Source: Candidatus Heimdallarchaeota archaeon
Lineage (GTDB): Archaea > Asgardarchaeota > Heimdallarchaeia > Heimdallarchaeales > Heimdallarchaeaceae
Direction of reading: 5' to 3'
Assembly (NCBI GenBank): GCA_021399345.1
Contig: JAAFKI010000009.1
Span: forward strand, 1 to 34,695
Length of the DNA stretch: 34,695 bases
In this document: one piece after another, positions 21,801 to 28,753 of the stretch
How the letters are laid out: every line of letters begins with the position of its first letter
Numbering within the stretch: the stretch's first letter is position 1
Notes under the pieces: model-generated
What the model saw: the letters and a program-made list of their open reading frames with translations, nothing else
What the model was told of the DNA's origin: nothing
Databases searched by the model: none
Translations under genes and position numbers: made by a program

Positions 21801-22496
21801 TTTATCACCTGGTACTTTTACTTGGAAAGAGGAATAAGGCGTGATTATCGCTAGTTGTCTAAAGTATTCTCTAACGCTGTTCTTGGCGAGATTCCATGCA
21901 CCAGTAAATGTAATTGAAATTTCAGTTCCTGCTTCTTCAAGATAACCCTCATCCCCTGGCAGAAATTCTCGCTGCTCCATAATTATGGGTTCATTTTTCT
22001 CAAGATTGATCATTAAATGCATTTCATGTGTTATATCATCCATGAAATATCTTGATCTAATTTTAGCTGGGAGGTCAACAGAAGACATGGAATACAATAA
22101 ACACATCTTGGCTCCTAAACCAAAACGTCCTCGTGTCTGAATAACACCATACTTAGTTCCTGTGAGAACTCTACCGAAAAGGTCAGCAATAAGATGTCCA
22201 GGAACACCTGTACCATTATCTGTACAGGTAAGTTGTAAGAAGTCTAGGTGTTTCTCTAATTTCTTATATTGTTTAACATCAAGAAGTTCATTTATTTCTC
22301 TACTAGATAATTTTCTTAAATCAATTGAGATGTTAGGATTTATCCCTCTGTTTTCTGCAGCATCTAAACCATTTTCAACTAATTCGCGTATGCTAGTAAA
22401 CACAGCTCGCATAGAATTTCCAAAGCCAGCAATTGCTCTATTTTCGTTGAAAAAAGAAGCGGCAGACATCTTCTTAGTAACTGAATTTTCAGACAC
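9882..22496 (-). CDS. top6B: Giant DNA topoisomerase VI subunit B (core aa ~1-550) with ~3500 aa of tandem HhH-like repeats and a basic tail
   Basis: RELVENGLDA, DNGTG, QTRGRFGLGAK, GTEI, KIHPYG, RYANRIPL, WNEYGL, STKIPFPETSKE are all intact. One uninterrupted 12.6-kb ORF; GTG start preceded by GAGGT. Confidence 0.95.
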   Translation of the reverse strand: MSENSVTKKMSAASFFNENRAIAGFGNSMRAVFTSIRELVENGLDAAENRGINPNISIDLRKLSSREINELLDVKQYKKLEKHLDFLQLTCTDNGTGVPGHLIADLFGRVLTGTKYGVIQTRGRFGLGAKMCLLYSMSSVDLPAKIRSRYFMDDITHEMHLMINLEKNEPIIMEQREFLPGDEGYLEEAGTEISITFTGAWNLAKNSVREYFRQLAIITPYSSFQVKVPGDKEGEFDEFIFESVVDDMPPPPQVVKIHPYGCDITQFKAELSANNDKKLKDFLANQFMGVTKEIAEDFFQLLEIDPNKHPNELTSKEIRRIVHEGFVKAYQEAKEVKRKRDRVFQFDPPKGTALSPLGAGRLKRGLEKELNPKFAEAISRPPKAYSGHPFVVEAAIGYGGGVTEASQQRGTNVQDNKIIYRYANRIPLIFGAGNDVISHVVSSIRWNEYGLTRQSDPLAVTVSVVSTKIPFPETSKEYISIVPEIEEEIRLALQQLGRRLKTFLGRAKRRRREHARLSRFVKSAPIIVENLSQIIEDEGIGMADFRFEKNRIASSLAHGSSKKAKLFMPLGQRLFGLNIWCSTSTQNILKNKNILSVSDFLLTPNKVLMTILTLDEKSIYNIKLRTIFELDKEGLSPQFDSKIFVSRAVEKRFDKNSISLKDALNRRWIQNSYHYLATESAKLKTVSGLLEKLFENKKDELINQLLLQNRKNDGSKTSPKSKFVADSLTAKGQLKIEHLFPPFKVFKKLSNEILAADLTVEEFIYQTQLPDGINYQQEITAIFIDYLKEVFIKMSNKFPTFKATNITKMTPDWTDGYTKNAFHRRKIRTIESFINTSTDDLVQVKEMERILYSTYLKLLVKQSPSINLSAFEFIESKELKNDEALMIKSLAAKGVKSLAQLLYFAAEEIQDKKLIDLAELLMKETKFTILFSLQISEKGHNSSHIKIIPSNVETELHRNQIFNSSIFLSYSSPQLRKMGLKKREVDQIKKTLGTPLPKWLGHEEILKECGIIVLEELFFNSAESYLLSAENKKKYFEIANILRTPIIFSFPQLRKSSYLLKEVGINCLGRFLIWPDEELASILGYKIEEIEAMKDVVSLAEIEINRKTFGKPLSQLNSLFPRLISYFGETNETLQDLFYLYPSEKVSLSQGLWKKIDHLSKLSQLEIIELAQLFSKNSKKLGEVKEALLRLNVRNIITIRQFLDLIPEIIESELSTASHRKIILELYHMIKNRDIEETSDLNKQVLLISEYDEFERALSLPISRIGNLTLQEYEDLRTENIIAMHQLFEYSTKELGSILNKTEDGINNIFKDFKIEQKGTSFFIKGERSRLKSLISFEYEESERFSTHEIESLILAGYDSVDKIFYLSHPLTFSASLVHWNVIDKFRKLLRSPLTLVAWEKVVKKEVQDEETETIKEIDEIQISTLSTDQLNTLRNSGISRIVDLLIVKKDILESVLGISPKEAALMQRNLRISDTGTDLSELDIFKPHIVDILEEYNLVTIEDIYFSTSEREWTVSELPWKIIKSFKQVLNLPLKYISDMLDKELIEILKKVEITTLLGFMLISPENLMEKTGIPDERFENIKRGLALSDILGTFTLPSYYIPSLTFEQTEILREIKIPTIADFILTSNQKLTKLLEIPSKDLNALKNSLTAQTIQASYEDRGIFAAETKLFDKLEQRQLSRDSIIQFERFQTIQEIYYVVEEEFYPSNPDLWSKVSAVKKVLDLPLRIFTEISEYSLEVWEHNNIKYVHQLLFLPDEEIKDPVLYRSISTYSSKMLEMRAFHYFAKLPSSVYNSSFFRNIVQDFEEKTLSDVVTDKKVISLLLSKDKHSLTDNYNLTLIRALLELPIRITPFFNRIKKIRREEYKNTKIGDVFDIDLVEHSALAPFYNKLQEVDSLNNMVADLAVPISSMGLPRELALKLSKSSINTLIDFFSTPVKTISEITGIPQRYIREIQDNLDYSLIQSFKKAQTHDIVASVLITDKHIESLKKIGILDIESLYYSAETQNVSSVLPAENYSKVKEILSGSIRFVGFLASDEIKRLEFYDINSVIDLALLNKKELFHITQNPIYKEFHALDILSLDEVAEKRAETALSLDLLPSIEEDYLEKIKQLGINSIQDFNSRMSELRDSHPHLVKLDVFRDVQLYLSSVAFLGLNNQQVQKLVYSGVGDILSFITEDVSTIAIILDMEETEVRKYLDKINSENLLEEIEKKGVKLTDFPVLSKSTVNYLLKSDRDLVQDVYSQYYQAFTIANVSDNVLRDFLNSCNVSIYRIKELSPETKIKLSQMGILRVIDFLCTNDSELKNALGGKFSKETNEVRRGNFTLIKGTELLLNEPILNILRDLYFEPSKKTVEDLFGFVPEHLLQFTETERIEKITNISFVEQLVSFLSLSTLSLSYFDIETKAVLWNMGIKHVIELISTNIQDLKDIPREAVRAIREFQRSFNLSVRMSETFSPYIEQKLSLPKEMRGKFKTYGLTTALFLFDFMHHPLFELTNKEKNLLSTATSNLFKPVTWLVDQSDLQLEDLTVFRDKKVNNIISALLMLDDDKQSTDTRYFSEQFHSKFKEVVNENIFKIKPPEWSLKLTDLNLIKDQKLLRKLKTAKVLYLDELLSLDSLIIENHSVYEELRSILLSLKNFSVASIDGLSVSNVKKLKQKGVRNVFQFLFMPVSYLSQFMNVSKEKIEEIKLNIDLEVLESNAKLVGLDIQLIGKLNDKIKRVLMEHGCVSLTQAAHLQINELPLTEEEMQSVRELVSILQTPITLIGKVLKMSRKNIEQLVDEKILTYTDLLEIPQEKWPSSLKKLISNQQTDPTFLIKQLYGIQKFGMSVEELGLAKSVTASMLQTGLSTVDHLLYVPDTYLTSKGQIKLTDLLELRDRLGRSVSILPNLTNETIEYCLSNNFQIIEDLLIYFKDHPKKIRDEITPSLKAIKTISEVGFVKSLSETEQDLQKRGYYSYTSLLTSANFKTDKELFSKFAPYLLANLRFLDLESTEYNRLKRSGIFTISDLLVVSPKTIATQTKMSISKITTTIDSIIYEELKQKIDANIESVDREFFLLSNTDKDFLKSIGIYSISDLNEYSAYSWLISENKLKKIKDKIETILETSILYYPNITKLTISEIEKQYYDKGIFSIQDLLSSVDEVETKTIITFLQEFASVDEQLDKEYITAAQLFSETELITLSKSIPKKKIKQLNEFLSELYKNYEKISEPNKKILRTLKHPLSALSKLTTSDVKNLNKNNNFLIIDILIKSQTYWNEFSAKPTGSKVLALLSTLTLSKIKSQIRKRPDISSLGVFDAETIKEISEYYQTIDEILYAIESEDYGVSRTLINKVQRTLTTPVKLIMVPKISLKVWKKLHSSNDTVTDLLKLSDKDLSSFLSIPQSDIPKIRSSFNVENMIREPSLKSNIIFSQQDIEKLNNIGYKTYDQLVENLYSDKAIPKTIKPKMDFIQTFDIKNYEPKLDESLTILELLFLINSTENLAITKKQKELIVSTADFFFSRGTQLCTILKIDPSAKKSHCPEMSIEYLLLLKEYNAQMFDEIWRKLHDKIKPTIELLFSSLNRSPVILTKLTADSIHQVSSTKYKKISELLLLSRKQLYDQISDKNVQRNVRNLSLSLLQELSQNMTSFPSSLLTTTEVNTLNNSNIKSIEEALVFLEQSKKGDSKVLTICNKISKVMETDLTVLPSIIQDKRKSEEVTRLKLSNVYDLLTFCKTTQKVESKALCSDILSVLKFDKITQSVSNEQSRLSSFFKTTEYLQFLKRKKIRTFGSLINYVKITSAQNLEQEFEQILSTLRAPLSIFTFDQTLLKKLRDLNIHQVLDLVLPTDINKQIKSSLTEKQQTSMQTIIKQLNFISINQLLSSLYPISKVSFIDENSRKQLIRTGYSTISHLNISDEILASSSKIRSSILVKINRILDSPVYYLTDMIRDNPGSVFAMYEKGIFNLWGVYAYNTKDLAKIIKITDRQVKSYLSTLTDQSIKLAQKDQILVKDTLPYLEASAVVSLQNSGFESLQEIMFPSEDKKKSPVLKLQQVSDLKKHLNKTINEIDVDAEVVKQIRQLGITTFREFAVYPSSTLDGKTNLSYIAIKRIKSKLPLKKIKTIKAKPATKPPTKKPTKKPTKKPTKKPAKKAPAKKPATAKPVAKAIPKTTTMKPPVTKMTPKKAPTKASTKQTTLLDLATRSGEKKTSSKTSKTSSTNSKGGDK
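10116..10163 (-). repeat. 12-bp perfect tandem repeat x4 encoding (TKKP)4 in the top6B tail
   Basis: aggcttcttagt x4 on the + strand. Confidence 0.95.
10215..20740 (-). repeat. Protein-level array of ~60-aa HhH-like repeats inside top6B
   Basis: About 40 recognisable L-x-x-x-(G/N)-(I/Y/F)-x-(T/S)-h-x-(D/E)-h-h units, e.g. LRNSGISRIVDLL, LKKIGILDIESLYY, LKRSGIFTISDLL, LQNSGFESLQEIMF, IRQLGITTFREF. Confidence 0.8.
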
Positions 22497-22619
22497 GTTT
22501 GTTACCTCTTACACTTGAAATGGTATTCCCCTTAATATTATGATAATATTGTCGGAATATATAACATTATGAGTATATTATAAGTTATATCTATATAAGT
22601 GTAAATTTTAAAGGCAATT

Positions 22620-22651
22620 GAAGGAAAAAGGAAGGAAAAAAAGAGGTAAAA
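22620..22651 (-). terminator. Pyrimidine/oligo-T tract, probable archaeal terminator
   Basis: The minus strand reads ttttacctctttttttccttcctttttccttc just after the stop at 22658. Confidence 0.45.
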
Positions 22652-22657
22652 TGTTTT

Positions 22658-25600
22658 CTAATTGTCTGGAATCTCTTCTTTTGGTTTAAATTTGTTAAGA
22701 ACTACTGAAGTAATGACAAAACCTGTAGCAACTAAAAACATAGAACCAAAAGCACCAATTGTACGGGAAGCATCTGCTCCTTTTATTCTATCCAAGAATT
22801 GTTCTTTAATAGCGTCATAAAATATTTCTGTTGCAAAATGAACATCTTCTTGCCAAAGGATTGTTGCCATACCTCCTGGTAATGCAGGAAATGTTGTATG
22901 CCAAGTTGGATATCGATGAATTATAGGAAGGCTTTGAACAGGATCATCATATTTGGAACTATTAAGGAGACTAAAAGCTTCAATAAAATTGGTTGCAAAC
23001 GTATTATATTGTATTCTGTCTGTTCTTCCAACAACACTACCTGTTACTGGCTCGACCATCATTGTTTGCATGTGAAAAGGATCTCGTCCTACTTGTCCTG
23101 GTAACGAGAATGTTAAGAACAAATCTTTTGGTTCCAAATCAATATCATACAAACTATTCCATTTTCCAGCTTGAATAAAGCTTGCATTTATGAAGTTTGC
23201 ATCATGCATCCAGTACAAATCATAAGTATCCAGTTGACGATAGGGTGATCCTGATCGTGCAGAATAAACGTGTACAGTTTCATCAAAGAATAATGCTGAA
23301 TCTGTTAGAGAAGTATAAGCAAATGGCCTTAGGAAGAACTGATTCCATTGTAGTCTCAATCCTTTTTCTATATCAGGTTGGACAGCAAATGAGTCATAAG
23401 TATAGTTAAATAACTCTATATTGGCATCTACAGCATCTGGACCCAAATCCCATAAACCAAATTGAACTTTACTATCTCTTTGCCAGCATTCAACAAATGT
23501 ATGAAGTTCATCCTTTTCAACAAAATCAAAATTGCTAGTAAGATAGTTAAACTCCAGATGAACAAGACCCTGTTCAAAATCTGCTAAATAGATATCATTG
23601 CCATGAGCGTAGATACCAAAAGCTGTTCCGAGATGGTCAGTTCCATTGAATCTGTAATCTTCTGAAGGATTGGCTTTAGTTGAGATGTCAACAACCATGA
23701 AACCATCGCTACCTTGAGTTAAATAGGCTGTGAATCCATCTTCAGTTACGTACATGTCTTTGAAAGGTTCATCTCCAGGATAAGCAGCAAATTGACTGAT
23801 TTCTGTTAAGGTTTCGTTTGATTCTATATGGAAAATCAGTAATCCTTCTATTGCGTCTAAGACATAAAGATAATTTCCTACAACTGATACGTCTCTTACA
23901 TCTTTTAGATTTGTGAAGTTTGCTGAATCATAATGCCACAATAGTTCTATATCATTGACATATTCTATGTCTATCACATCAATTCCATCAGTTCCTAAAG
24001 CAACAAAAGCTTCAGCATTTGAAAAGTCAAGTCTTGCATCAACAGCAATAGCTATACCAGAAGTATTTAGGAAGGTATAAGCAGAACTAACAGATTTGGT
24101 ATCACCACTAAGAGAGGCAATTTTTAATCCATAATTACCATTAGCTATTACTAAAGCATCGAAAGGGGTAACACCAAGAGGATAAAATACGCTAGCAACA
24201 CCTCTCATATCATTATTTCCAGAATTCCATTGAGTAATTTGATCAATTGAGTATGGATTTGTTGCATTGAGAATTTCTAAACCTGCAGTTCCCTCTAATG
24301 CATAAATATACCCATCAATTACAGTATAATCATAGATTTGACCATCATAATCTCCATACTGACCGATTGCTCTGAAGAGTGAATCAGTAGTATTTACTAT
24401 TTTGATATCTGTTCCATCTTCTAGAACATAAGCAAGATTATCTTCCATAACTACATCCATTGATTTAGAGTAGTGAAAATAGGGTAAATTGGCTATTCCA
24501 ATTATAGAACCCATCTCTTCAATGTTATTCAGACCTAATTTTTCTGCATAATAAATGTCTTTGTCCAAATCTATACTCGATGAAGATAATGTTTCATTTA
24601 TAAGTAATGGAAATTTCATACCGTTTAACAATGGGTCCTCAATACCAACAACCCATTCCATTGCAGTTCTATCGCAGACATATGATATTTTGTTATCGTA
24701 TAACCAATCAAGTGATGGCCTTCCTAGAAGATAATTCATATATGCTGCAAAAGATTTTGCTGATTCAATTTCTGTTGGTGTATCAATATCGTAAATGTCA
24801 GCTAATAGCTGTACAACATCTACAGTTAGGTCATCAGGTTCAGTATAATCTAATCCTCTTACTAAATCCAAGAAGAATTTAGCGGAACCTGTGTCTCCAG
24901 TTAATACTGAATAATCTTTACCTCCATAGGTTGCGTTATAGAGTATTTTATAGCTTGTTGCTTGATTGATATCTAAATCTTGAAAAGCTGGACGAACACT
25001 TATCCAATTGTGAGGTAGATATGTTCCTGTATCCACTAAACCTTCACTTTCAGCATAAGCTCTATTCAGAACTGCATAAGCAATTTCACTGTAAGTGTAT
25101 GTTGAGTTGAGAAGATCAATTTCAGAACCTAGGAGATAAGAGGCTATATAAGCTTGAAAACCATATTCTGTTCCATTTCCAAAATTTTCAATATAATAAG
25201 GCCACATGTAATTGAAATTCAAAACTGTCTCATTTCCAAATAATGTGGAAGCTGTAGAATTATAGATATAATGTCTTCTACTAGCAAATACAACATAATC
25301 TTCTTCCTCATTGTATTCAAACACCGTTTTATTAATAACTATATCAAATACAAGTTCTCCTTGCACATAATAATAAGAAATTGGTGTATTATAATCCAAG
25401 TAACCCTCACGATCACTCACATTATAGAATTCGATAAATGCTTGATCATAAAATCTTGACTCATTGTCACTTCTATCAGTAAACATCCAGTCAGAATATG
25501 AACCAGTTCCATCATTAGGTTTTAGATCATCTTCATTTAACTGTCCAAATTCGTTTAATTCAGCATTAATCTCGTTAATTATATTTATAGAATTAATTGG

Positions 25601-25684
25601 CAGAACTACTCCAATCACAACAGCAGAACTAAAGGTAACTGTCAAAATCAAAGCGCCTATTAATGTTCGAAGTCTTTTTTCCAT
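22658..25684 (-). CDS. CD36/LIMP-2 (scavenger receptor class B)-like two-TM membrane protein with inserted LVIVD beta-propeller
   Basis: N- and C-terminal TM helices. CD36-like blocks in the expected order: SYSDW..FIEFYNV, RTAMEWVVGIEDPLL, FFLRPF, HMQTMMVEPVTG..DRIQYN, ILWQE. LVIVD repeats (YIYALEGTAGLEILNATNP, YLYVLDAIEGLLIF, AYLTQGSDGFMVVDISTKANP). Start is ATG 25684 (GAGGA upstream) or 25711. Confidence 0.75.
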   Translation of the reverse strand: MEKRLRTLIGALILTVTFSSAVVIGVVLPINSINIINEINAELNEFGQLNEDDLKPNDGTGSYSDWMFTDRSDNESRFYDQAFIEFYNVSDREGYLDYNTPISYYYVQGELVFDIVINKTVFEYNEEEDYVVFASRRHYIYNSTASTLFGNETVLNFNYMWPYYIENFGNGTEYGFQAYIASYLLGSEIDLLNSTYTYSEIAYAVLNRAYAESEGLVDTGTYLPHNWISVRPAFQDLDINQATSYKILYNATYGGKDYSVLTGDTGSAKFFLDLVRGLDYTEPDDLTVDVVQLLADIYDIDTPTEIESAKSFAAYMNYLLGRPSLDWLYDNKISYVCDRTAMEWVVGIEDPLLNGMKFPLLINETLSSSSIDLDKDIYYAEKLGLNNIEEMGSIIGIANLPYFHYSKSMDVVMEDNLAYVLEDGTDIKIVNTTDSLFRAIGQYGDYDGQIYDYTVIDGYIYALEGTAGLEILNATNPYSIDQITQWNSGNNDMRGVASVFYPLGVTPFDALVIANGNYGLKIASLSGDTKSVSSAYTFLNTSGIAIAVDARLDFSNAEAFVALGTDGIDVIDIEYVNDIELLWHYDSANFTNLKDVRDVSVVGNYLYVLDAIEGLLIFHIESNETLTEISQFAAYPGDEPFKDMYVTEDGFTAYLTQGSDGFMVVDISTKANPSEDYRFNGTDHLGTAFGIYAHGNDIYLADFEQGLVHLEFNYLTSNFDFVEKDELHTFVECWQRDSKVQFGLWDLGPDAVDANIELFNYTYDSFAVQPDIEKGLRLQWNQFFLRPFAYTSLTDSALFFDETVHVYSARSGSPYRQLDTYDLYWMHDANFINASFIQAGKWNSLYDIDLEPKDLFLTFSLPGQVGRDPFHMQTMMVEPVTGSVVGRTDRIQYNTFATNFIEAFSLLNSSKYDDPVQSLPIIHRYPTWHTTFPALPGGMATILWQEDVHFATEIFYDAIKEQFLDRIKGADASRTIGAFGSMFLVATGFVITSVVLNKFKPKEEIPDN

Positions 25685-25920
25685 TGTGAATCCTCTTTTC
25701 TCACTATACATTGTTTCGTCTCACGAGAGATATTTAAAGTTAATGACGACAGCATGAACTTTAAGAGACTAATTTAAGTTGTTTTAAGATAGAGCTATTA
25801 TATATTTTACGCATTGGAAGAAATTGGTAAAGTTTGGTAAGAAGAGGTTCCTATAAATCGCTCTAAATTGCATAAATTTAATCCTGGAACTGAAAAGAAT
25901 CCAAAAAAGAACTGAAAAAA

Positions 25921-27171
25921 TCACTTCAGTTTCTCAACAACAGGTAATGAAATCACCCATTTAGATGCATCGAAAACCGCACCTAAAAATGTGGAATCTT
26001 CAGACATAATTCTATTACTTAGTTCATCATACAAGCTAATCGATAATTTTCCTAGATTCTCAAGACGTTTTAGTATTTCTCTTGGTAAAATATTGTAAGC
26101 TAAAATGCCTCTTATAATTGCTCCATTTTCTCGTTTTTGCGGAAATGAGAAGATTACATCTGAGTTACTGAAACTCTCTCTAATCCTTCTATAACTTGCG
26201 GTTGTTAATCCAGTAGGACCAGGTTGAATAAGGAAAAATCCTCTTGTAGCTCTAGATTTTAATGGAAAACTATCACCTTCATGAATTTTTGTTAGGATAT
26301 TGGATAATTCAGGATTATTGTCATAGACATCAAAACTAATGAGTCTGCAAATGCCTCTGGCATCTTGGAAAATTCTCAGGAAATTACTTTGATCAACTCG
26401 GTAAAATTCTGAAGTCTGTTGTAGACCTATAATAAAATCTGCGATTAGATTTGCTTCTCGTCGGGCAAAAGTAGCTAGTATTTCTTCTGAATCTTTGTTT
26501 TGATTATTCTTGATGAGTTTTTCATCATCAACTAGAACATAGGGAAGAGGATTCTTCTGAGATTTTCTTGAGAGACCATAGAGAAATGTCATAATTGAAA
26601 ATTCGTCTGTGATATTTTTTTCAGCAATAGGCAAGTGTACAAACATAACGGGCTGTTTACCTGAAGAAAGGATATACAAAGCTATTTCTTCAAAAAGACT
26701 CAAAACAAACGCATTATTTTCTGGAAAAAGAAAGACTAATGATTTATTACTAATTAATTTATCAATATAAGAATTAATTCTTTCTTCATTTGCTGTATAC
26801 CACTTCTTACCTTGAAAAAAAGTCATTTCTTCTTCGGGGAGAGAAGGAAGTTCAATTGAAGGAAGCTTACTATAGATATCTGAATTTCCAGAAGGAGTTG
26901 TAATAACAAGTGAAGAAGGAAATTGATTATTGAATCTTTCCTTCATATTCTCAAGAATGTTTAACCCATAATTTTCACCAAAAACTAATCCAATTGTTGA
27001 TTCTTTTATATCTCCTTCAATAAATAGAGTATCAGAAATTTCACATCCATTCAGATCTTTATCAGCTATAATATTAGAATGGTTAAATCTGTATAAGCCA
27101 TTGAATAAGACAGGATGTTCATCAGCTGATTTTTTCTTACCTTTACTAAAAATAGAACGAATCCATGACAT
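25921..27171 (-). CDS. Tubulin/FtsZ-superfamily paralog lacking the GTP-binding signature (pseudo-GTPase)
   Basis: Colinear similarity to 30152..31291: GKQPVMFVHLP/GEPPTVIFVLP; PYVLVDDEKLIK/PIILFDNEKLLK; QDARGICRLISFD/RDARGLGIIISLD; RATRGF/RAKLGY; IIRGIL/TIRGVL. No GGGTG. Start is probably ATG 27171 (MSWIRSIF). Confidence 0.75.
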   Translation of the reverse strand: MSWIRSIFSKGKKKSADEHPVLFNGLYRFNHSNIIADKDLNGCEISDTLFIEGDIKESTIGLVFGENYGLNILENMKERFNNQFPSSLVITTPSGNSDIYSKLPSIELPSLPEEEMTFFQGKKWYTANEERINSYIDKLISNKSLVFLFPENNAFVLSLFEEIALYILSSGKQPVMFVHLPIAEKNITDEFSIMTFLYGLSRKSQKNPLPYVLVDDEKLIKNNQNKDSEEILATFARREANLIADFIIGLQQTSEFYRVDQSNFLRIFQDARGICRLISFDVYDNNPELSNILTKIHEGDSFPLKSRATRGFFLIQPGPTGLTTASYRRIRESFSNSDVIFSFPQKRENGAIIRGILAYNILPREILKRLENLGKLSISLYDELSNRIMSEDSTFLGAVFDASKWVISLPVVEKLK

Positions 27172-27238
27172 TTTTGTTTCAATTATATTTAGTTGCAAGG
27201 ATTTTTAAGACTTTTCAGCTAGCTACATGAAAAAGAGA

Positions 27239-28663
27239 TTATTTCTCAGTTGATAATGTTTCTTCAACATTTAACAACTGAATTGTATGGGTTTTTCCTG
27301 AGATTCCTACCATTGATCCAGCTACCAATACAACATTGTCTTTTGCATCAATGTACTTATCTTCATGAAGTTCCTTAATAACATTGAATACTAGCTCATC
27401 GTAATTATCTTCATACTTATGAAAAATAGGTTTAACGCCCCAAAATAACCTTGTTACACGTTTAGTAAATTGATTATGAGAAACGGCATAAATAGGTAGA
27501 TTTTCCCTATTTCTAGAAACCATACTTGCTGTATACCCAGTTTGAGTAAGAGCAATAATTGCCTTTACTGACATTCTCTTAGCCAACCTAACTGCAGAAA
27601 TACCAATTTCATTACCAATATTAACCTCAGTATCAACTACTAAAGGACGATCTAAAGCTAGGTTTTTCTCAGCTTCTAGAATAATATCATTCATTATTTT
27701 CATAACTAGGAGAGGATGTCTTCCTGTTGCTGTTTCAGCTGATAACATTAGAGCATCGGCTCCATCAAAAACTGCATGAGCAACATCACTTGCTTCAGCT
27801 CTTGTAGGAATGGATTCTTTGGTCATGGATTCTAACATCTGTGTTGCAACAATAACTGGTTTAGCTAAACTCATACCTAGTTGGATCAATTGTTTTTGCA
27901 AGATAGGAACCCTAGCAGGACCTACTTCAATAGCTAAATCTCCTCGTGCAACCATCAAACCATTACTAAAGGAAGCGATTTCATTTATTGAATCTAGAGA
28001 ATCCTGATGTTCGATTTTTGCAATGAGCTGAATGTCTTCGTTAGTTTTTGATTCAACAATTTCTTTTACTCTTTTAAGATCATCAACGCTTCGTACAAAT
28101 GAGATAAATAGAAAATCAGTTTCCCAATCACAAGCTTTTTCGATATCTACTATATCTTTCTTAGTTGGTACTCTTATAGATAAATCTGCATCTGGAATAT
28201 TTACTCCTTTTCTAGATGAAATTTCACCCCCATCTATCACCTTACAAACTATTTCATCATCTGTAATTGATTCAGCGTTCAATCTAACTAGACCATCGTT
28301 TATGAAAAGAGAAGTATTAACTTTTAATTCATTAGTTAATTTGGGATAGTTGATTGGAATAAGATTATCTTTTCCAATTATGTCCCTAGTAGTAAGCTTA
28401 ACAATTTCATCTCTTTTGAGAATTTTTACCTCCTCTAACATCCCTAATCTAATTTTAGGACCACTAATGTCAATACCTATTGCAAGATCATTGCATAGAT
28501 TTCTGAGATTATTGAAGGTTTCTTCATGACTTTGATGATTTCCATGGGAAAAATTCAATCGAGCTAAATCCATTCCATTGTCAATCATTTTTTTCAGAAT
28601 ATTCTCAGAACTAGATGAAGGACCTATTGTACAAACTATCTTTGTTAATCTCAATATTATCAA
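27239..28663 (-). CDS. pyk: Pyruvate kinase
   Basis: TKIVCTIGP, ARLNFSHG, GPKIR, IAKIE, MVARGDL, ATQMLESM, PTRAEASDV, DGADALMLSAETA. Confidence 0.99.
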   Translation of the reverse strand: MIILRLTKIVCTIGPSSSSENILKKMIDNGMDLARLNFSHGNHQSHEETFNNLRNLCNDLAIGIDISGPKIRLGMLEEVKILKRDEIVKLTTRDIIGKDNLIPINYPKLTNELKVNTSLFINDGLVRLNAESITDDEIVCKVIDGGEISSRKGVNIPDADLSIRVPTKKDIVDIEKACDWETDFLFISFVRSVDDLKRVKEIVESKTNEDIQLIAKIEHQDSLDSINEIASFSNGLMVARGDLAIEVGPARVPILQKQLIQLGMSLAKPVIVATQMLESMTKESIPTRAEASDVAHAVFDGADALMLSAETATGRHPLLVMKIMNDIILEAEKNLALDRPLVVDTEVNIGNEIGISAVRLAKRMSVKAIIALTQTGYTASMVSRNRENLPIYAVSHNQFTKRVTRLFWGVKPIFHKYEDNYDELVFNVIKELHEDKYIDAKDNVVLVAGSMVGISGKTHTIQLLNVEETLSTEK

Positions 28664-28714
28664 GAAAACATGGAAGTACTAGATTAAAATTCTTACTAAC
28701 CCCCTAACTCTTTC

Positions 28715-28729
28715 GAAACGATTAAAAGC
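28715..28729 (+). promoter_or_regulatory. Putative BRE/TATA for a leaderless transcript starting near 28754
   Basis: gaaacgattaaaagc about 25-30 nt upstream of ATG 28754. Confidence 0.3.
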
Positions 28730-28753
28730 AAGCACAGACTCTATGAAATTGTT

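Noticed and set aside
9981-22518. Many short + strand ORFs opposite top6B, including the hydrophobic 9988..10248
   Set aside because: Antisense shadows; their periodicity (GFLV repeats) simply mirrors the TKKP repeat.
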